From NCBI GenBank assembly GCA_051294375.1, contig JBJCIZ010000239.1, forward strand, positions 5,134,255-5,198,254: 64,000 nucleotides of DNA, given 5' to 3'. The position numbers and the translations under genes were made by a program. Of this stretch, positions 23,593 through 37,919 are shown piece by piece. Each line of letters begins with the position of its first letter. Positions within the stretch are counted from its first letter, which is position 1. Source of the stretch: Paraspadella gotoi. Taxonomy: Eukaryota; Animalia; Chaetognatha. A model generated the notes under the pieces. It saw only the letters and a list, made by a program, of their open reading frames with translations, ran no database searches and was not told the DNA's origin.

Positions 23593-26404
23593 TTTTTAGT
23601 CGGGGATCTGAAATATATACAGAGATCCCGGACTCTATAATAACTCACTTTTTATAACTCACTTTTTCGGTCCGTTCGGTCCGCCCCTCAATATTGTCGG
23701 GCACACATTTATTTCATGTCAGACATCGAATTTATGATAATTATGCAAAAAAAATGCATGTCCGTTCCGTCCGTCTGTCTGTTCCCGTCCGTCGTCCGTC
23801 CGTCACCACCTTAGCAAAAAACAACCAATTACTCGTGATTGGATGATGGATTTATTTAAATGAAATTTTTGTGTGCGGATAGGTATTTTGTTGTGATGAG
23901 CTGGATATTTAAGTTTCGATGGAATCGGTCCGAGTTTGAAATGAGTTTAAAATGGAGAAGAACAAAAAAAATATATTCACTTATTTGACACCAATTGCTC
24001 ATTTTGGGTGGATGGGCTGATTGACCTGGAATTTTGTATGTTGGGTAGGAAAAGTGTGTTGATTGAACAGGAAATCAAGTTTCGATGCGAATATTTTGAA
24101 TGGAAATGAGTTTTAAATGGGAAAAAACAAAAACTGTTTTACTAATTGATTATGCTTCTTTTTCCTTTTATATTAAAATGTATCTGCTAGGATGTTATTA
24201 ATAATCAAATATCTACATAGTTCATTAATCAATAAGTAGTAAATAAATTAATCAATAATTTAATTAATTAGTCATCAATCCGTCCATCCGCTCCCATCTT
24301 AGCAAAAGCCTTCCAATACTCGTGATGGCTGGTTGGATTGGAATTAAATTTTGTGGTGTGGGTTAGGAAATGGTGTGATAAAGCTGGATATAAAATTTTC
24401 GATTGGAATCGTGTGAGTGGAAATTAGTTTAAATGGGGAAAAAACACATAAGTCGAATTTTACTAAAATTCTTTTTACTTATTTTTAACAATTAATACTC
24501 CAATTAATCATAATTTGGATGGATAGATTGAGTTGAAATTTTGTGTGTGGGTAGAAACGTTATATGAGCGAAGCTTGATATAAAGTTTCAGTGGAAACGT
24601 ACCAGTGGAAATGAGTTTAAATGACAATAAATATGAGTCAACATTTACTTGAAATCTTTTTATTATTTTTAACCCATGATAGATTGTGAGCGGTAGGAAA
24701 GTGGAGTGATGAAGAAGCTAGATAAAAGTTTTGCGGGATGCAAGTTGAAAAAATTATGCAATTTGAAAAAATGATGCAAGTTTAAAAAATCTTAAAAGGC
24801 AAAGGATCGTCGCGTATTGCATAAAAAGATGAGAGAGAGAGAGAGAGAAACGAGAGAGTGTAGAGAGAGAGAGAGAGTGAGAGAGAGAGAGTGAGAAGGA
24901 GACATTAAATAAAAAAATCTTAAGAAGACTCAAGATCGAGCCCAGAGCCCACTATCAAAGAAAAATTAATGAGAAAAACCGGGGAAAAAAAACGGAATGA
25001 ATTCATGCGATTAACGATTGTTTGATGTACTAGTAATTGATTTGAGGTACATTACTAATTGATGATGTAATAGTAAATTTATTGATGTTAATTAGGAATT
25101 GATTTTATTGATTCGATTGATAATCAATTATTGATGCGATGATAGTCATGTTCACTGCTGTGATGATAGTCATTCAGTGATTGCGATGATTGTCATTCAT
25201 TTGATTCGATGATTTCATTCATTTGATGCTATTGATAGTCAATTTAAAACAAACAAATTGCGTGTTATGAGTAAAAGAGTTGAGAGAGAGAGAGGATAAG
25301 AAAAGATAGAGAGAGAGAAAGAAGAGAGAGAGAGAGAAGAAGAAAGAGAATAAATCCACGAAAAAATCTCGGATTGAAAATATGGGATTTTGTATTGGAA
25401 AAAGCCGCGGAATAAATTGCAATAATAAAAATTTTTAAGAGGAAAAAAATAATCAGAATTTTTTCAAAAAGACAAAACGATCACGCAAAAAGATCGGACA
25501 GATAGGACAGACCACACAACAGAGAGACAGAGAGACAGAGAGAGAGAGAGAAAAAAAGAGAGAGAGAGAGAACAGCCCGCTGCAGAGAAAAGAGGAAAGG
25601 AGAAAGAGCGATATATAATAATTTAAAGAGAGAGAGAGAAGAGAAGCCTTCTGTACAGGCCCCTTACTCGTTAAAGATCAGCAGTACTTATTGGCGCCGC
25701 ACGTAGCATGAGGCTATCTCTACGCCAAAGGACCCGGGTTCGCGCCTGAGTTCGCGGCATCGTTTTTTACGATTAGTGAACGCCAGCATTATATTTCTAA
25801 AAAATTTTTTGTAAAAAGAAAAAAGAGAGAGAGAGAAGAGAGGAGAGAGAGAGAGAGAGAAAGAATCTGGACAGACGCGTGCAGAGCCGGAAGCTCGTTT
25901 TGTAGAAGAAGCTGTGTACGGAGAAAAAGAGAGAGGGAGAGAGCGACATATAATTAAAACGTTTTGTTTTGTAAGAGTGAAAACATAACAAATAGCCAAT
26001 ATTGATATGAAAAATGAGAATTTTAAAGATCTTTTTGATGATTAGAAGCCATATTATGAAATTTCAACTCCCTATTGAATAGTCACACTTTTCAGAATGG
26101 CCATGGATTGCAAGAACAAGCGAGACCGAAAGCTAAAGCCGAAAAAAAATCTAGGGGACAGACGGGCTTTGCCCGCCTGGCTCGAAATAGAGGATAATTT
26201 GTTTTGTTTGATAAAATGTAAAGCAAACATTTAGATAACTGTCCTGGACTCAATTGTTTAAGACATCGGATGTATGAACAAGCCTGATATAATTATAATT
26301 AATTATTAATTAATTAAATCTATTAATTATTTAATTAATTAATTAATCAATTTAATTAATTAATTATCTTAGGCAGATCAAGACATTGTTTGCGTCAAAC
26401 TTGT
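23593..26404 (+). mobile_element. Long (about 2.8 kb) DINE-1/HINE-like element
   Basis: 5' hairpin agtcggggatctg...cagagatcccggact, GTCC microsatellite, about four core units, 18-bp repeats, and 3' end aggcagatcaagacattgtttgcgtcaaacttgtt. The empty T-run site is present at about 35361-35368. Confidence 0.8.
25696..25768 (+). other. Degenerate tRNA-like/SINE-head sequence inside the HINE element
   Basis: gccgc...gcggca acceptor-like ends, tagc A-box-like motif, gggttcgcgcc B-box-like motif, followed by T6. No clean anticodon arm. Confidence 0.35.
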
Positions 26405-26887
26405 TTTAGTATTAAATTTGAATGGAATTGAAACATTTAAAAAGCCGAGAACCGATTGAAATTTAAATGCTAATGGTATCCCAACGTTAAAATAATTTAT
26501 TATGGGCATAGATGTATAGTATTAAGGTATTTTTGCTCAAGAAATGCTTTGCTTTCTGAGGTGTACTAGCCTAATTAAAATTATTATATTACTATTATAG
26601 AAATGGTTTCTGATGGAGCAGTAAAAAGTGTAAACAAGAAATATAATTTACAGCTTTTAAAAAATCTTACGTTTTCTTAGTAAAAATTCTAAATAGAAAC
26701 TTGATAAAACTCGAAGATGATTATGATGATAATTTTTTTAGCAATTTATTTTAAATTGTTGATCAGACTTATCATAAAATATTTAAAAAAATAAAATTAT
26801 ACTTTGTGTAGACAATTTTATGAGCTTATTTCTGATTCTGCGTCTTAAAATTTAATGATTTTCCAAGAAATGTTTTGGATTTTTTCA

Positions 26888-26932
<45 letters not shown>

Positions 26933-27053
26933 TTTTATCTTTCTTTCTTTATTTTTCTCTTTCTTTCTTTTTCTATTTCTTTCTTTCCTTCTATTTTTAT
27001 ATACTTCTTTCTTAATTCTTTCTATCTTTTTATCTATCCTTCTTTGTTTCTTC

Positions 27054-27663
27054 CCCACAGCGAGATACGTTTGAAAAAACTCAAATGAACCCCGAATAAA
27101 TAACGCGCTTTGTGAAATCTCTGTATCAATTCGATAGTACCCTACTCTCGTCTCTGCAACGAATCGACACAACAAATTAGAACCATAATGACGACGACGG
27201 CGAACGACGACGAAGACGACGACGACGACGACGACGACATACTCTCACGACGCGTCTTCTTTCAACAAATGGCGCCTTTGAAGATGAGAACTGAAAATTA
27301 AAAGCGAATTTCCGAAACTTTTAACTTTTTTGGGTTTTTTTTTATCGGTTTTTAAAAGGCTTTTCCCCACGATTTCAAAGCCCAAAATGTGGTTGTATTT
27401 TAATCGTCTTTCACTCGGGATTATTTAAAAAAAAAAGGATACACGGCATAATACAGTATTGTAAATAACTTACAATTAGCACTATTGAGCCGACATCTTC
27501 ATTCTCGCCGCTGTGTTTCAACGTGATTAGAAGAAATAAATTACAAAATTGTTAATAAATGAAAAAAGACAATAATGATGTGATCAAAAAAATAAAAGAT
27601 AATAAGGTTTTAGATGAAAATTAGCCCACGAAACGACTTAAACATTTACCTCTCCATCTCTCA

Positions 27664-27694
<31 letters not shown>

Positions 27695-28821
27695 AGAATT
27701 CTCTCCCGGGTCTCATCTGGACTCATTAAAAAACCAAAAAAAATCTTTGCTGGAGGTGTCTCGCACGCGCTCTGGGGTTCGATTTGCGCGGAAATTGCTG
27801 GTGAAGATGTATATGATCTTACGTGAGATTGAATCTTTCAATCTCATTTACATATTGTAGTTTAACCTAAATGAGTTTATTTTACTTCTTTTATTTCAAC
27901 TCAGTTCTGTTTTTTTTTTTCGGTTTTTTATGAAGTCAATTATAGTCTTTAGTACAATGAATTAATCAATCCATGATTCTCACAAGTAAGAGATTTCGAA
28001 GTAAAATTGAAGTACAATTGAAATTTCATTTTATAATAAAGCTGTATCTTTTGAACTCTTGGGTACTCTGGCGTCATTTTGCCATCGTATAAATGGCATA
28101 GAGATTTGAAGAAAAAAAAAGATTTTGCTGCTGAATAGTTGTTGATGTAGTGTAGACCGCAAAACCTCTCTCGGCTGAGTCGTCTACAGCGATGCCTGGA
28201 GTGAAGGTGAGTATTCTTTTGTTCGAATGAGTCGGCGGGGAGAGGTGGAGGGAGGAGGAAGAGGAGGACGGAAAGAAGATTAAAGTGCAAGGACAAAAAA
28301 TGCGGATCTCTTTTCAATGTGGCCCATTTCTGTTCGTTTTTCCCCGGTTGATCCTTAATTTTAACCCTAATCCTAACTGCAAGTCCCTATCACTACAAAT
28401 CCAAACTTAATCACTTACGCTAATCCCGTAACTAATCCCATCCTTAACCTATATCAAATTCTTCAACTAAAAATTAATCAAAATTTAAATCAAAGTGAAA
28501 TTGGGTCGTTCTGGAATATAAGGCCGAAAGAGTTACTGAGGGTGAGAAAACAAGGTTGGAGTTGAGTTTGAGTTTGAGTAAAGAGTTACAAAAATTGATC
28601 GAAAGATTGACAGATTGAACAACGGATGGTACGGCAAATGTTTGGATGAAATGGATGTACAAAACATGTAGTGGTTTTATTTTAGTGAAGAAAAGGGTAA
28701 AGTGTGACGTCGTCGTCGTGTCGTCTTTCCTTAAACAAATGACCAAAGAAGCGGGAAGAGAGAGAGAGAGAGTAAAGAGAGAGAGAGAGAGATAGAGATA
28801 GAGAGAGAGAGAGAGAGAGGC

Positions 28822-28865
<44 letters not shown>

Positions 28866-31800
28866 GAAGAGAGGAACGAGAATTGTCAACAACAAATCGA
28901 CCGTGAGTTCCAACGTTGATTTAACGTGAACTGGTTTTTAAAAACTTTTTGACTTTCCGGGGCATCAATTACGATCGTCGTCGTTGTTCGTGTGTCGTTG
29001 TTGTCATTGTCTCGTCGCATGCGGTTGCCATCACGTTCGTTAGTCCTTTGTTGTTGTTTGTTGTCGATTTGTTGTCGATTGTCGTCGTTGGAAATCCCCA
29101 TCCGTCTCGATCTTTCTTCGTGACAGTCATTTTCGTCTTCCCAATTCCTCCTCCCGCAGTTCCTCTCTCTTCAGTCTTTCCTCTTCTCTCTCGTCTCTCT
29201 CTCTCTCTTCTCTCTCTTCTCTCTCTCCTCCCCTCTCTCCTCTCCTCTCCCTCTCTCCTCTCGTCCTCTCTCCCTCCTCACTCCTCCTCCCCTATTTCCC
29301 CCTCCTTTTACGGCTTTCATCTTGGAAAGCGACCACACTCGATCACGTGAGCAATCCCGAGCCACTGTTCCCCATTTCTTTTCACTTGGCTTTACTTTTC
29401 TTTTTATTTCTTACTTTTTATTTTCGTTCTTTGGTTAAGTTTTTTCTTTTCTATCTACTTTTTTGTTCTCTTTTTATTTCTTTACTTTTCTTTTCTTTGG
29501 CTTTACTTTACCTTTTTCTTTATTCTGTTTATTTTCTTATTTTTTTATTCTCTTATTTTGTTTTTCTTTACCTTTTTTTTATCTTGGCTTTACTTTTCTT
29601 TTCTTCTCTCTTTCTTTTTTCCTTCCCTTCTCTTCCTCTTCTTTTCTTCACCTCTCTTTCCAACCCGCCTTCCCCCGCCTCCTCACTTAACCCCTCCTCC
29701 TCACCCGCACTCATCGCCTCCGGCCAGAGACAAATTTGAAGAGTTCATAAACCTACATTCAGACACCGTCATTGATTTCTTCCTCTCTCATCATCTCCCT
29801 CGTATCTCCTCTCGTTCTTCATCTCTCCTCTCTCTTCTCTCTCTCTTCTCATCTTCGCCCTCTCTCTTCCGTCTCTCTCTCCTCCTCCGCCTCCTCTTCC
29901 GCCCACCCCACCACCTCCTCTCTCCCAGATTGTCGTCGCTTCTCGACGAATTTGGCTTTCTCTCGAAACCCACTTTGTCTGCGTGAGAGAGAGAGAGAGA
30001 GAGAGACTGAGAGAGCAGAGAAGAGAGTAGAGAGAAGAGAAGAGGAGAGCACCGCACCCCCGACGCCCCAGACACCGCACCGCACCGCCCCGAAAATTGT
30101 TTTCTTATTGAAAAAAGGCGGTAATTTTTGGGTGGAGTGTTCATAATAAATCGAATAAGACGAGGAACAGAAAGTGCACCCCCACCTTCTCTCTCCACAC
30201 ACAGTTACAATCAACCCTCCACTCGTGTCTAACACATCCAAAACCACTGTCCTCCCCCCTCCCCCATCCCGTCTTACACTTGCTCCATATAACACACCGC
30301 ATTTTACTCTTCTCACACAACCCCATACCTTACTCTCTCTGGCGTTTCCGTCTCTCTCCCCGCTCTCTTCTCTTATCTCTATCACACCTCTTCTCTTCAC
30401 TCTAACCAGCCACACTCGAAACTAAACAACCACCTGCACCGTCCCACACTCTTCTCTTCTCTCTCTCTACGCTACAACCTCGCACACGCAGACCTCACAC
30501 ACACACACACAGCCCCTCGCGATCGATCCACCCCTACAAATCACAGCTTTTTGCCCTTAGCGCCCGAATCCGACAACCAACAAACCAAAGATCACCCCAA
30601 ACGCCCTACTCGTCTCACACACAGATTCTATGCCTCTCCTTTTTTTCCTCTAAAAACCACATGCAACACACCACAAAGTTGCCTGTTTGTCTTTCAACGC
30701 CCATCATTCTCTTTCCGCGACGACTTTTTCTCTCTCGCCACACCCTTTCACCCAGCGTTCCAATCTAACTTCCTCACCCCTCATCTTTTTCTCTAATATA
30801 TCTCTAAAAACCCCTAATGCTCTTCTCTCTCTCCCTTCCTCTCTCCTCCTCTCTCCTCCTCGTCTCTCTCCCCCCATCTCTCTGCTCTCCTCCTCTCTCC
30901 TCCTTCTCTCTCTCCTTCCTCATCTTTCAATCGCTCCCATCCGCCCCGCCCCCCCCCACCTCCTCACTCTGCTCTTCTGCACCCCACTTTACGGCACATC
31001 AACCCATCCGCCCAGCCGAACTTTCTCTCTCTTCCACTTTATATACGAAGGGTTTTTTACAATATACTCTCTCTCTCTCTCTTCTTCTCTCTCTTCTCTA
31101 CTCTCTCTCTCTCTCTCTCTCTTCTTCTCTCTCTCTCTCTCCCGTCCGAAAGGAGGGTTTTTAATTTCACCTCTTCTCGCCTAAAATTTTCTTTAAACCC
31201 CTTTTTAAACCGCGAGAGACGGACAAACGAAATTTCTTTTCTTTTTTTAGAAAGGCATGAAAATAAATTGAGAAGTCGAGCTGACTTTGGACATCTTGTG
31301 GAGATGTGCTTGAGTGGGTTGGGGGGAAAGGGGCTCTATTTTACGAGAGTCCCCCATTTCTGTTCGGTTTTTCTTCCAGATTTTAATATTCTATTCCTGA
31401 TAGAACTAAATAATTCAATCCTTAATCAATAAATCTATAATTAGTAACCCAAACCCTAACTTAATTTAAGAAGGTCCAAGCTTGTAAACAAAGCTAAATC
31501 CTCTTCCCTAATCACGTAACATTAATCCAAACCTAGATCCATAAACTCTAACCATACATCTTTAACAGAAACAATAATTAACTATATTTAGAATTTAAGA
31601 TAAAATGAAAGCGCATAGATGTGGATCACTGCGTGCGTAACTTGAATCATGTAACTTTAATTTTTGTCAAAGGCATTTCTTGCCTTTCTAATGTAGTTTT
31701 AAAAAAGTCGTTTTATTCTCTTTAATGCCATTTATGTCATTCTTCATATGGGCTGATATATTGTAGTCGTCTCGTCGTCGTCGTCGTCGTCGTCCGTCGT

Positions 31801-33933
31801 CGTCGGTCGTCGTCGTCTCGCTTTTTTCCTTCTTAGTCATTTGTCCTATAGACTTTTTTAAAATCATCGAAGTCAAAGTCTCAACCTTATCTCAACCCGT
31901 CATCCGCTTTTACTGTCGGTCTTTGTCTCACAATGTTCTCTGGTCACTTCACAACCCATAAACTGCGTCGCTCTGACCTCGTCCGCTCTCGTTCGCTCCG
32001 TCGCTCGTCGCCTCGCTAGTCGCCGTCCGTCGTCTTTTTGACTCTCACACACGGGCTCACGCCGCAAATTTGTCAACTCGCGCGCTGCGTCAGCCAAGTT
32101 TGATTTGGGAAACCTTTCCAAATGAATACTTCATACATTTTGAGAAGAACTTTCAATGGACCAAAATTTTCCTAAAATGGTAGAAGCATTGTAATTAATT
32201 TTTTAATATTTATTTATGAGATAGGAAATGTCAAAAATTTTTTTAAAATTTTGTTATTTTTAAAGCAGATTCAGATAGCTTATAACAAAAGTGTGTCTAC
32301 ACAAAGTTAATAATTCTTTTTTTCAAATATTTTGATGATAAGTGGGTCCAAACTGGGAAAAAACCTGAAAAAATCATCATCATCATCATGATCCGATGTT
32401 TTAGGGCAGTTTTTTACTAATTTTAAGTAATAAAAACATCAAAATTCTTTAAAAAAGTTGTAATTATATTTTTGGCTTAACTTTTTAAGCTCTATCAGAA
32501 TCATTAAAAAAACTAAAATATTAAAAAAAAATTTTTGACATATATATATGGGCAATATAATAATATAAATTCAGCGAAGTTACTCGCCTGGTTCGAAACA
32601 TTTTTTCAAAAAATATTTAATACTAATAATTAATATCCAACTAATGGATTAGTTTAATGCTGTTCCCATTAAAATTTGAATTTTTGGTCGGCTACCGCTA
32701 TTAAGCGTTCGTTTTCTTCTTGCCCTTTTATGGTTCGCTCTTTTTTTCTTGTCATTTTGAGGGTCAAGTTTCCAATTGGCGGACAAAATAAATTCTCGTA
32801 ACTCCGTACGTGTTTTTAAATGCGTTTTAAGATTCCTCGTGTTGTGATGATAATATATTAAGAATAATTAAACTTTTAATAAAGAGAAACATGGACATAT
32901 CGTCTTGGCTTTCGTAACGGCAGAGCCTCGCAAATAATTTCGGAGGTTCATAACCTTTTTCACGCCCGCGGAGTCGAGGGTTCGTCGCCCGTCAAAACGA
33001 GTACAAGAAAAGTTGAATAACCTTATTTCTTCTATCGTTAACATTTAATTATTACTGTTAACAATTTCCGCTTAAAATTTTTATGTTTTTACAATTAGAC
33101 ATCTTTTCTTTTAACTTTCGAATATTTCTTTATTAATTATTGGTACCAATATTATGAATATTTTTCAGTACTCAAAAGAAAAAAAAAAAAAACGCAATAA
33201 TATTCTCGGTCGAAAACAACACTACAATATGAAAAAAAAGTTTAAAGGAGAAGGTACTGTGGTAACAATTTATAATTTAAATATAGTAACCGGCGTTTTA
33301 TGTCGGTTTTATTCGTTGAATGCTAGATGTTAATAGAGTTCAACGGATAACTACATCTAAAGGAACAAATAACATCAACAGAAATATTCGAAAAACAAGC
33401 GGAGAAAAAAGCAACAACGACAACAAAAATGACGACGAGCAACAACATAATATAACAACAACAAGCAACAACAACAACAACAAGGGAAAGTCTAAAGATC
33501 GCCCAATCGTTTTCGGTTCGATGAAATCAAGAAGAAAAAAAGAATACAAGACGCGAAACGAATTTGTTTGAGGACAACAACAACAACAACAGAAATACAA
33601 CAAAAAAGGAAGACGACACGACTACAACGACGAAACGACAACTTTTTTTGGTGAAGATGGGGCGATTGTAAGCGACTGACGACGCGAGACGACGATAACG
33701 ATGTTGTGGTGAGGATGATCTCTGTCTCTGTCTCTATCTTTCTCTTTCTCTCCTCTCTCTCTGTCTGTCTTTTTTTCCATTCTCTTTCTTTCTTTCGTTT
33801 TTTTCTGTTCTTCTTTCTTTCTTGCTGTTCCTTCTTTCTCTTTCTTTCTTTTACTTTTCTTTCTTTTCTTTTCTTTCTTTTTTCTTTCTTTCTTGTCTTT
33901 ATTCTTAATATCTCATTTTCTTTTTTGACTCTC

Positions 33934-33976
<43 letters not shown>

Positions 33977-34339
33977 TTCTCTCTCTCTTTCTCTCACTTT
34001 CAGTCTGTCTTCTATTTTTATCTCTTTAAGTATTAATTTATAGCTGTAGAAATAATCCTTTAACAAACATGATTTTTCCTTCTCAAATTTCTACGACCAT
34101 TGTCGTCGGTCGGTTATTCATTTCGTCGTTGGTCGTCATCGTTGTCGTCACAAATCGGTCTTCACGGATTTGTTGACCAACCTCACATGTTACGGTATTC
34201 GCATCTTTTTGGTTGTTGTTGTTGGTATATTGTCGGTTGTTGTTGCTTTCGTTTTTGCGGATTGATGAAGAGGTTGGAGGGAAAATGGTAATCGAGGGAA
34301 ATTTGAAAATGAGAAAGAGAGAGAGAGAGGAGAAGAGAG

Positions 34340-34383
<44 letters not shown>

Positions 34384-34454
34384 AATAGAGTGATGAGAAA
34401 AAGAGAAAGGTTGACTTTTTAAGTACGAGTTTTGAATTTTGTATATCTTGTCTT

Positions 34455-34494
<40 letters not shown>

Positions 34495-35822
34495 TCTCTC
34501 TCTTCTTAATTTTATCTTTCTTTCTTTATTTGTTCTCTTTCTTTCTTTTCTATTTTCTCTTTCTTTCCTTCTATTTCTTATATACTTCTTCTATTCTTTC
34601 TATCTTTTTATCATCCTTACTTTGTTTCTTTCTTTCTTTTTTTTCTTTCAGTTCAAACCATTTTTTCCTTTTGGCTTCGATATTGTTTATTTCATCATTT
34701 CCTTTTTGAATCTCTTTTCGTTGCGGCTTCATATCACTTACCATCTCTTCTCTTCTTCTCTCTCTCTTTCTCGTCTCGTCTCGTCGTCGTCTCGTCTCTC
34801 TCTCTCTCTCGTGCNNNNNNNNNNNNNNNNNNNNNNNNNTCTCTCTCGTCTTGATTTCACTTGCTGATAGAGTTTCCTTTTTCTCTGTTTGTGAAATCTT
34901 ATCGTCTTTTGTCTAGACGAAACTTTACCGAACAAACGCGGATATATTTTTAAAATTGAATTTCCATTTTAGCTAATCTAAAATTAACAAAAGCACCCTT
35001 CCCAATTATTTGGTTATGATATTTTTTTTTTCATTAAAATTCTGAGCTCCTGTGAAATTTGTTTCCCAAAATAATAAGAATACATGGTTTTTTTTGTTTT
35101 TTTTTAATAATTTTTGGCGTCTCATAGATGATCTAATTGTACCCAATTTATAAGAATTTAGAAAAGTCAGTTTTTTTCTTATAATTTTGTCAAAAAAATT
35201 TCGTTTTCAATTGATCTGCATTTGTTGAAATAATGACTGTTTGGATTTCTTTCCTTTAAATCATTTACATATTGCAGTATAATTCTTGGGACCGATTCAA
35301 CTGACTTAAAAATAAAAGCATAAAACGTTATGTAGGATTTTCCTCTAAAAATATAATTAAGTTTTTTTATATAATTTGAATGGAATTGAAACATTTAAAA
35401 AGCCAGAACCGATGAAATTTAAATGCTAAGGTATCCAACGTTAAAATAATTTATTATGGGCATAGATTATAGTATTAAAGTATTTTTTGTCAAAAATGCT
35501 TTCTTCTGAGTGTACTAGCCTAATTAAAATTATTATATTACTATATAGAGAATGGTTTCTGATGGAGCATAAAAAGTTAAACAAGAAATATAATTTACAG
35601 CTTTTAAAAAATCTTACGTTTTCTTAGTAAAAATCTAAAAAAACTGATAAAAACATCGAAAGATGATTATGATGATAATTTTTTACAATTTATTTTAATT
35701 TTTGATCAACTTATCATAAAAATATTTAAAAAATAATTATACTTTGTGTAGACAACTTTTTATGAGCTATCTGAATCTGGTCTTAAAATTTAATATTTTT
35801 CCAAGAAATTTTTGGATTTTTC
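27054..35822 (+). repeat. Copy 3 of the triplicated block
   Basis: Begins with the same cccacagcgagatacg junction as 15170. Collinear with copy 2 up to ttttggattttt but lacks the 2.8-kb HINE insertion. Confidence 0.9.
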
Positions 35823-35980
35823 TATCTATAAATAAATATTAAAAAAATAATTACAAGGGTATGGAGCCATATAATAAATTTTTTGTCCATTGAAAGTATA
35901 CTTAAAATGTAAAAATTTTCTTTTGAGCAAGTACTCGCTCTAAATTTTTAACTCTCCCCATTGAGTGCGGCTACCCTTAA
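35427..35980 (-). mobile_element. TTAA MITE family copy (reverse; partial duplicate at about 26471-26880)
   Basis: Ends gcggctacccttaa. The interior is the reverse complement of 20250-20600 blocks (actttcaatgga, gattcagatagc, tctacacaaagt). Confidence 0.65.
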
Positions 35981-36139
35981 TTTAAAGGTTAAAAAGAACG
36001 CAAAAAGCTTTCCTTTAATTATCTCTCTTATTTTTTTTTTTTCGTATACGGCGTAAATTTTAATATGTAGAGCGTTGATCCTTTATGAAATTGGAATAAC
36101 AAATATAATTATTATCCATTTGTTTATAAATAAGCATTG

Positions 36140-36257
36140 GTCAGGCTTAGGTGGATCAAGCCCTCAATCACACTTACAAGATAATGACATAGCAATTCCC
36201 TGCAAGCTTTCATTCAAGGCTCTCTCACAGTCTCGCTTATTCACTCCCAGAATTTAG
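36140..36257 (+). mobile_element. Fragment of the ~210-bp TA-flanked MITE family
   Basis: cttacaagataatgacatagca...ccctgcaagcttt...ctcacagtctcg...attcactcccaga matches 58714-58792. Confidence 0.7.
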
Positions 36258-37919
36258 GTTTACTGTTTTGTCAGTTGAGGTATCAGCTAGTTTACTTGAC
36301 CTCAATTATATTTTATATTTTATTGAAACTTTAAATATATATATATAGATATATCTGTATTTTCTTGTTGATGATATTTACAACAATCAACATTATGTAC
36401 CCGAAGAACTACATTTGGTTTCATCATTGGACCTTGGTTTCCGCTTTTCAACAGCCGTCCGTCCGTCGTCTGTCTCGTCGTCGTCGTCCAGAAAATTGTA
36501 AAATGTTTTTGTTTGACGATTATTTGGTTTTTTTGCAAACGTTATTTATTAAAAAAATCGGCCTCTCTAAGAAAAGAAGAAGGACATGAGACGACGATCA
36601 GACTACGACTACGACTGCGCCGAGAAGCGTGCACCGACGGGTAGTGAAGGAGAATCTGAGTGATATTGAAGAGCAGAGGCGAGAACCGAGGAGAGACTGA
36701 GAAGATCGAGAGAAGAGGAAGGAGAGGAAGAGGAAATGATGGAGGAGACACAACAGACGAAGAGAAGAGAACGCGGAAGAGCAGAAGAGAGAGGAGACGA
36801 GAGAGAGAGGAAGAAGAAAGAAAAAAAAAAGCAAGAGGAGATAGGTGATCAACACCGGTGGGAATCACGCTCACCGAAATCAATTCACGAGAGAGAGAGC
36901 AGAGAGAGATGAGAGAGAAGGGAGAGAGAGAGAGGAGAGAAGAGAGAAGACGAGAGAGGAGACGATAGGAGAGACGATCGACGCTCAAAATTGTAATAAA
37001 AACACNNNNNNNNNNNNNNNNNNNNNNNNNNNNNNNNNNNNNNNNNNNNNNNNNNNNNNNNNNNNNNNNNNNNNNNNNNNNNNNNNNNNNNNNNNNNNNN
37101 NNNNNNNNNNNNNNNNNNNNNNNNNNNNNNNNNNNNNNNNNNNNNNNNNNNNNNNNNNNNNNNNNNNNNNNNNNNNNAGAGAGAGAGAGAGAGAGAGAGA
37201 TAGAGAGAGAGAGAAAGGGAGAGTGAGAGAGATCGGTTTTGGCAATTCCTGCCTCTTTGAATGTCAGGACCGGAATTTCCGGGAGAGGAAGAAAAGGAGG
37301 AGGAGGAGAAAGAAGAGAATAGTATTATTTATAAAAGTATTATTTATTTATAGAAGTTATCCACTCTTTTAACAAATAAGCACTCAGTATATAAGATGAT
37401 AGACAGACGCGGGTCTATTACCCCCTCCTTCTCATTCACCTCCTCTTCATCCTCCTCCCAGGGATTCGGGGCCGCGTTCACGAGATTCAGTTCACCTTTC
37501 TCTCTTTTCCTATTCGTTTCTCTCCCTTTTTTACCCTCATGATTGTCGCCGTATACATTTTCCTGCCGTCAATATATATTTTCCCGCATTCTCGTGACTT
37601 TACTTCCGGTTAGGATACCTTTTCAGAGTGACGCCCAATTGTGTTGCTCGAACATCTAACCACAAAAAAAAAACCCCAGGATGTGCTTTACTTTACTTCC
37701 GGTTAGGATACCTTTTCAGAGGCAATCTTGCCCATGACTTTGAACATCTTTTATCTTATATTTTATATCTTATTGATTTATATCTAGTTTTTATTTGTTT
37801 ACTGTGTTCCAGTCTTTTTACGCTGCTATTGATCTGTTACTAATTTTGTTTTCAATTATGTTAATATCGTTTTTGTTATTAATAAAAAAAAATTGTATTA
37901 CCTATCGTTGTTTTTTCTA

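Larger units (their letters stand above)
15169..26880 (+). repeat. Copy 2 of the triplicated block
   Basis: Same text as copy 3 at offset 11884 over about 15170-19250; the ORF track shows identical ORFs, e.g. 15730 vs 27614 and 17965 vs 29849. Confidence 0.9.
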
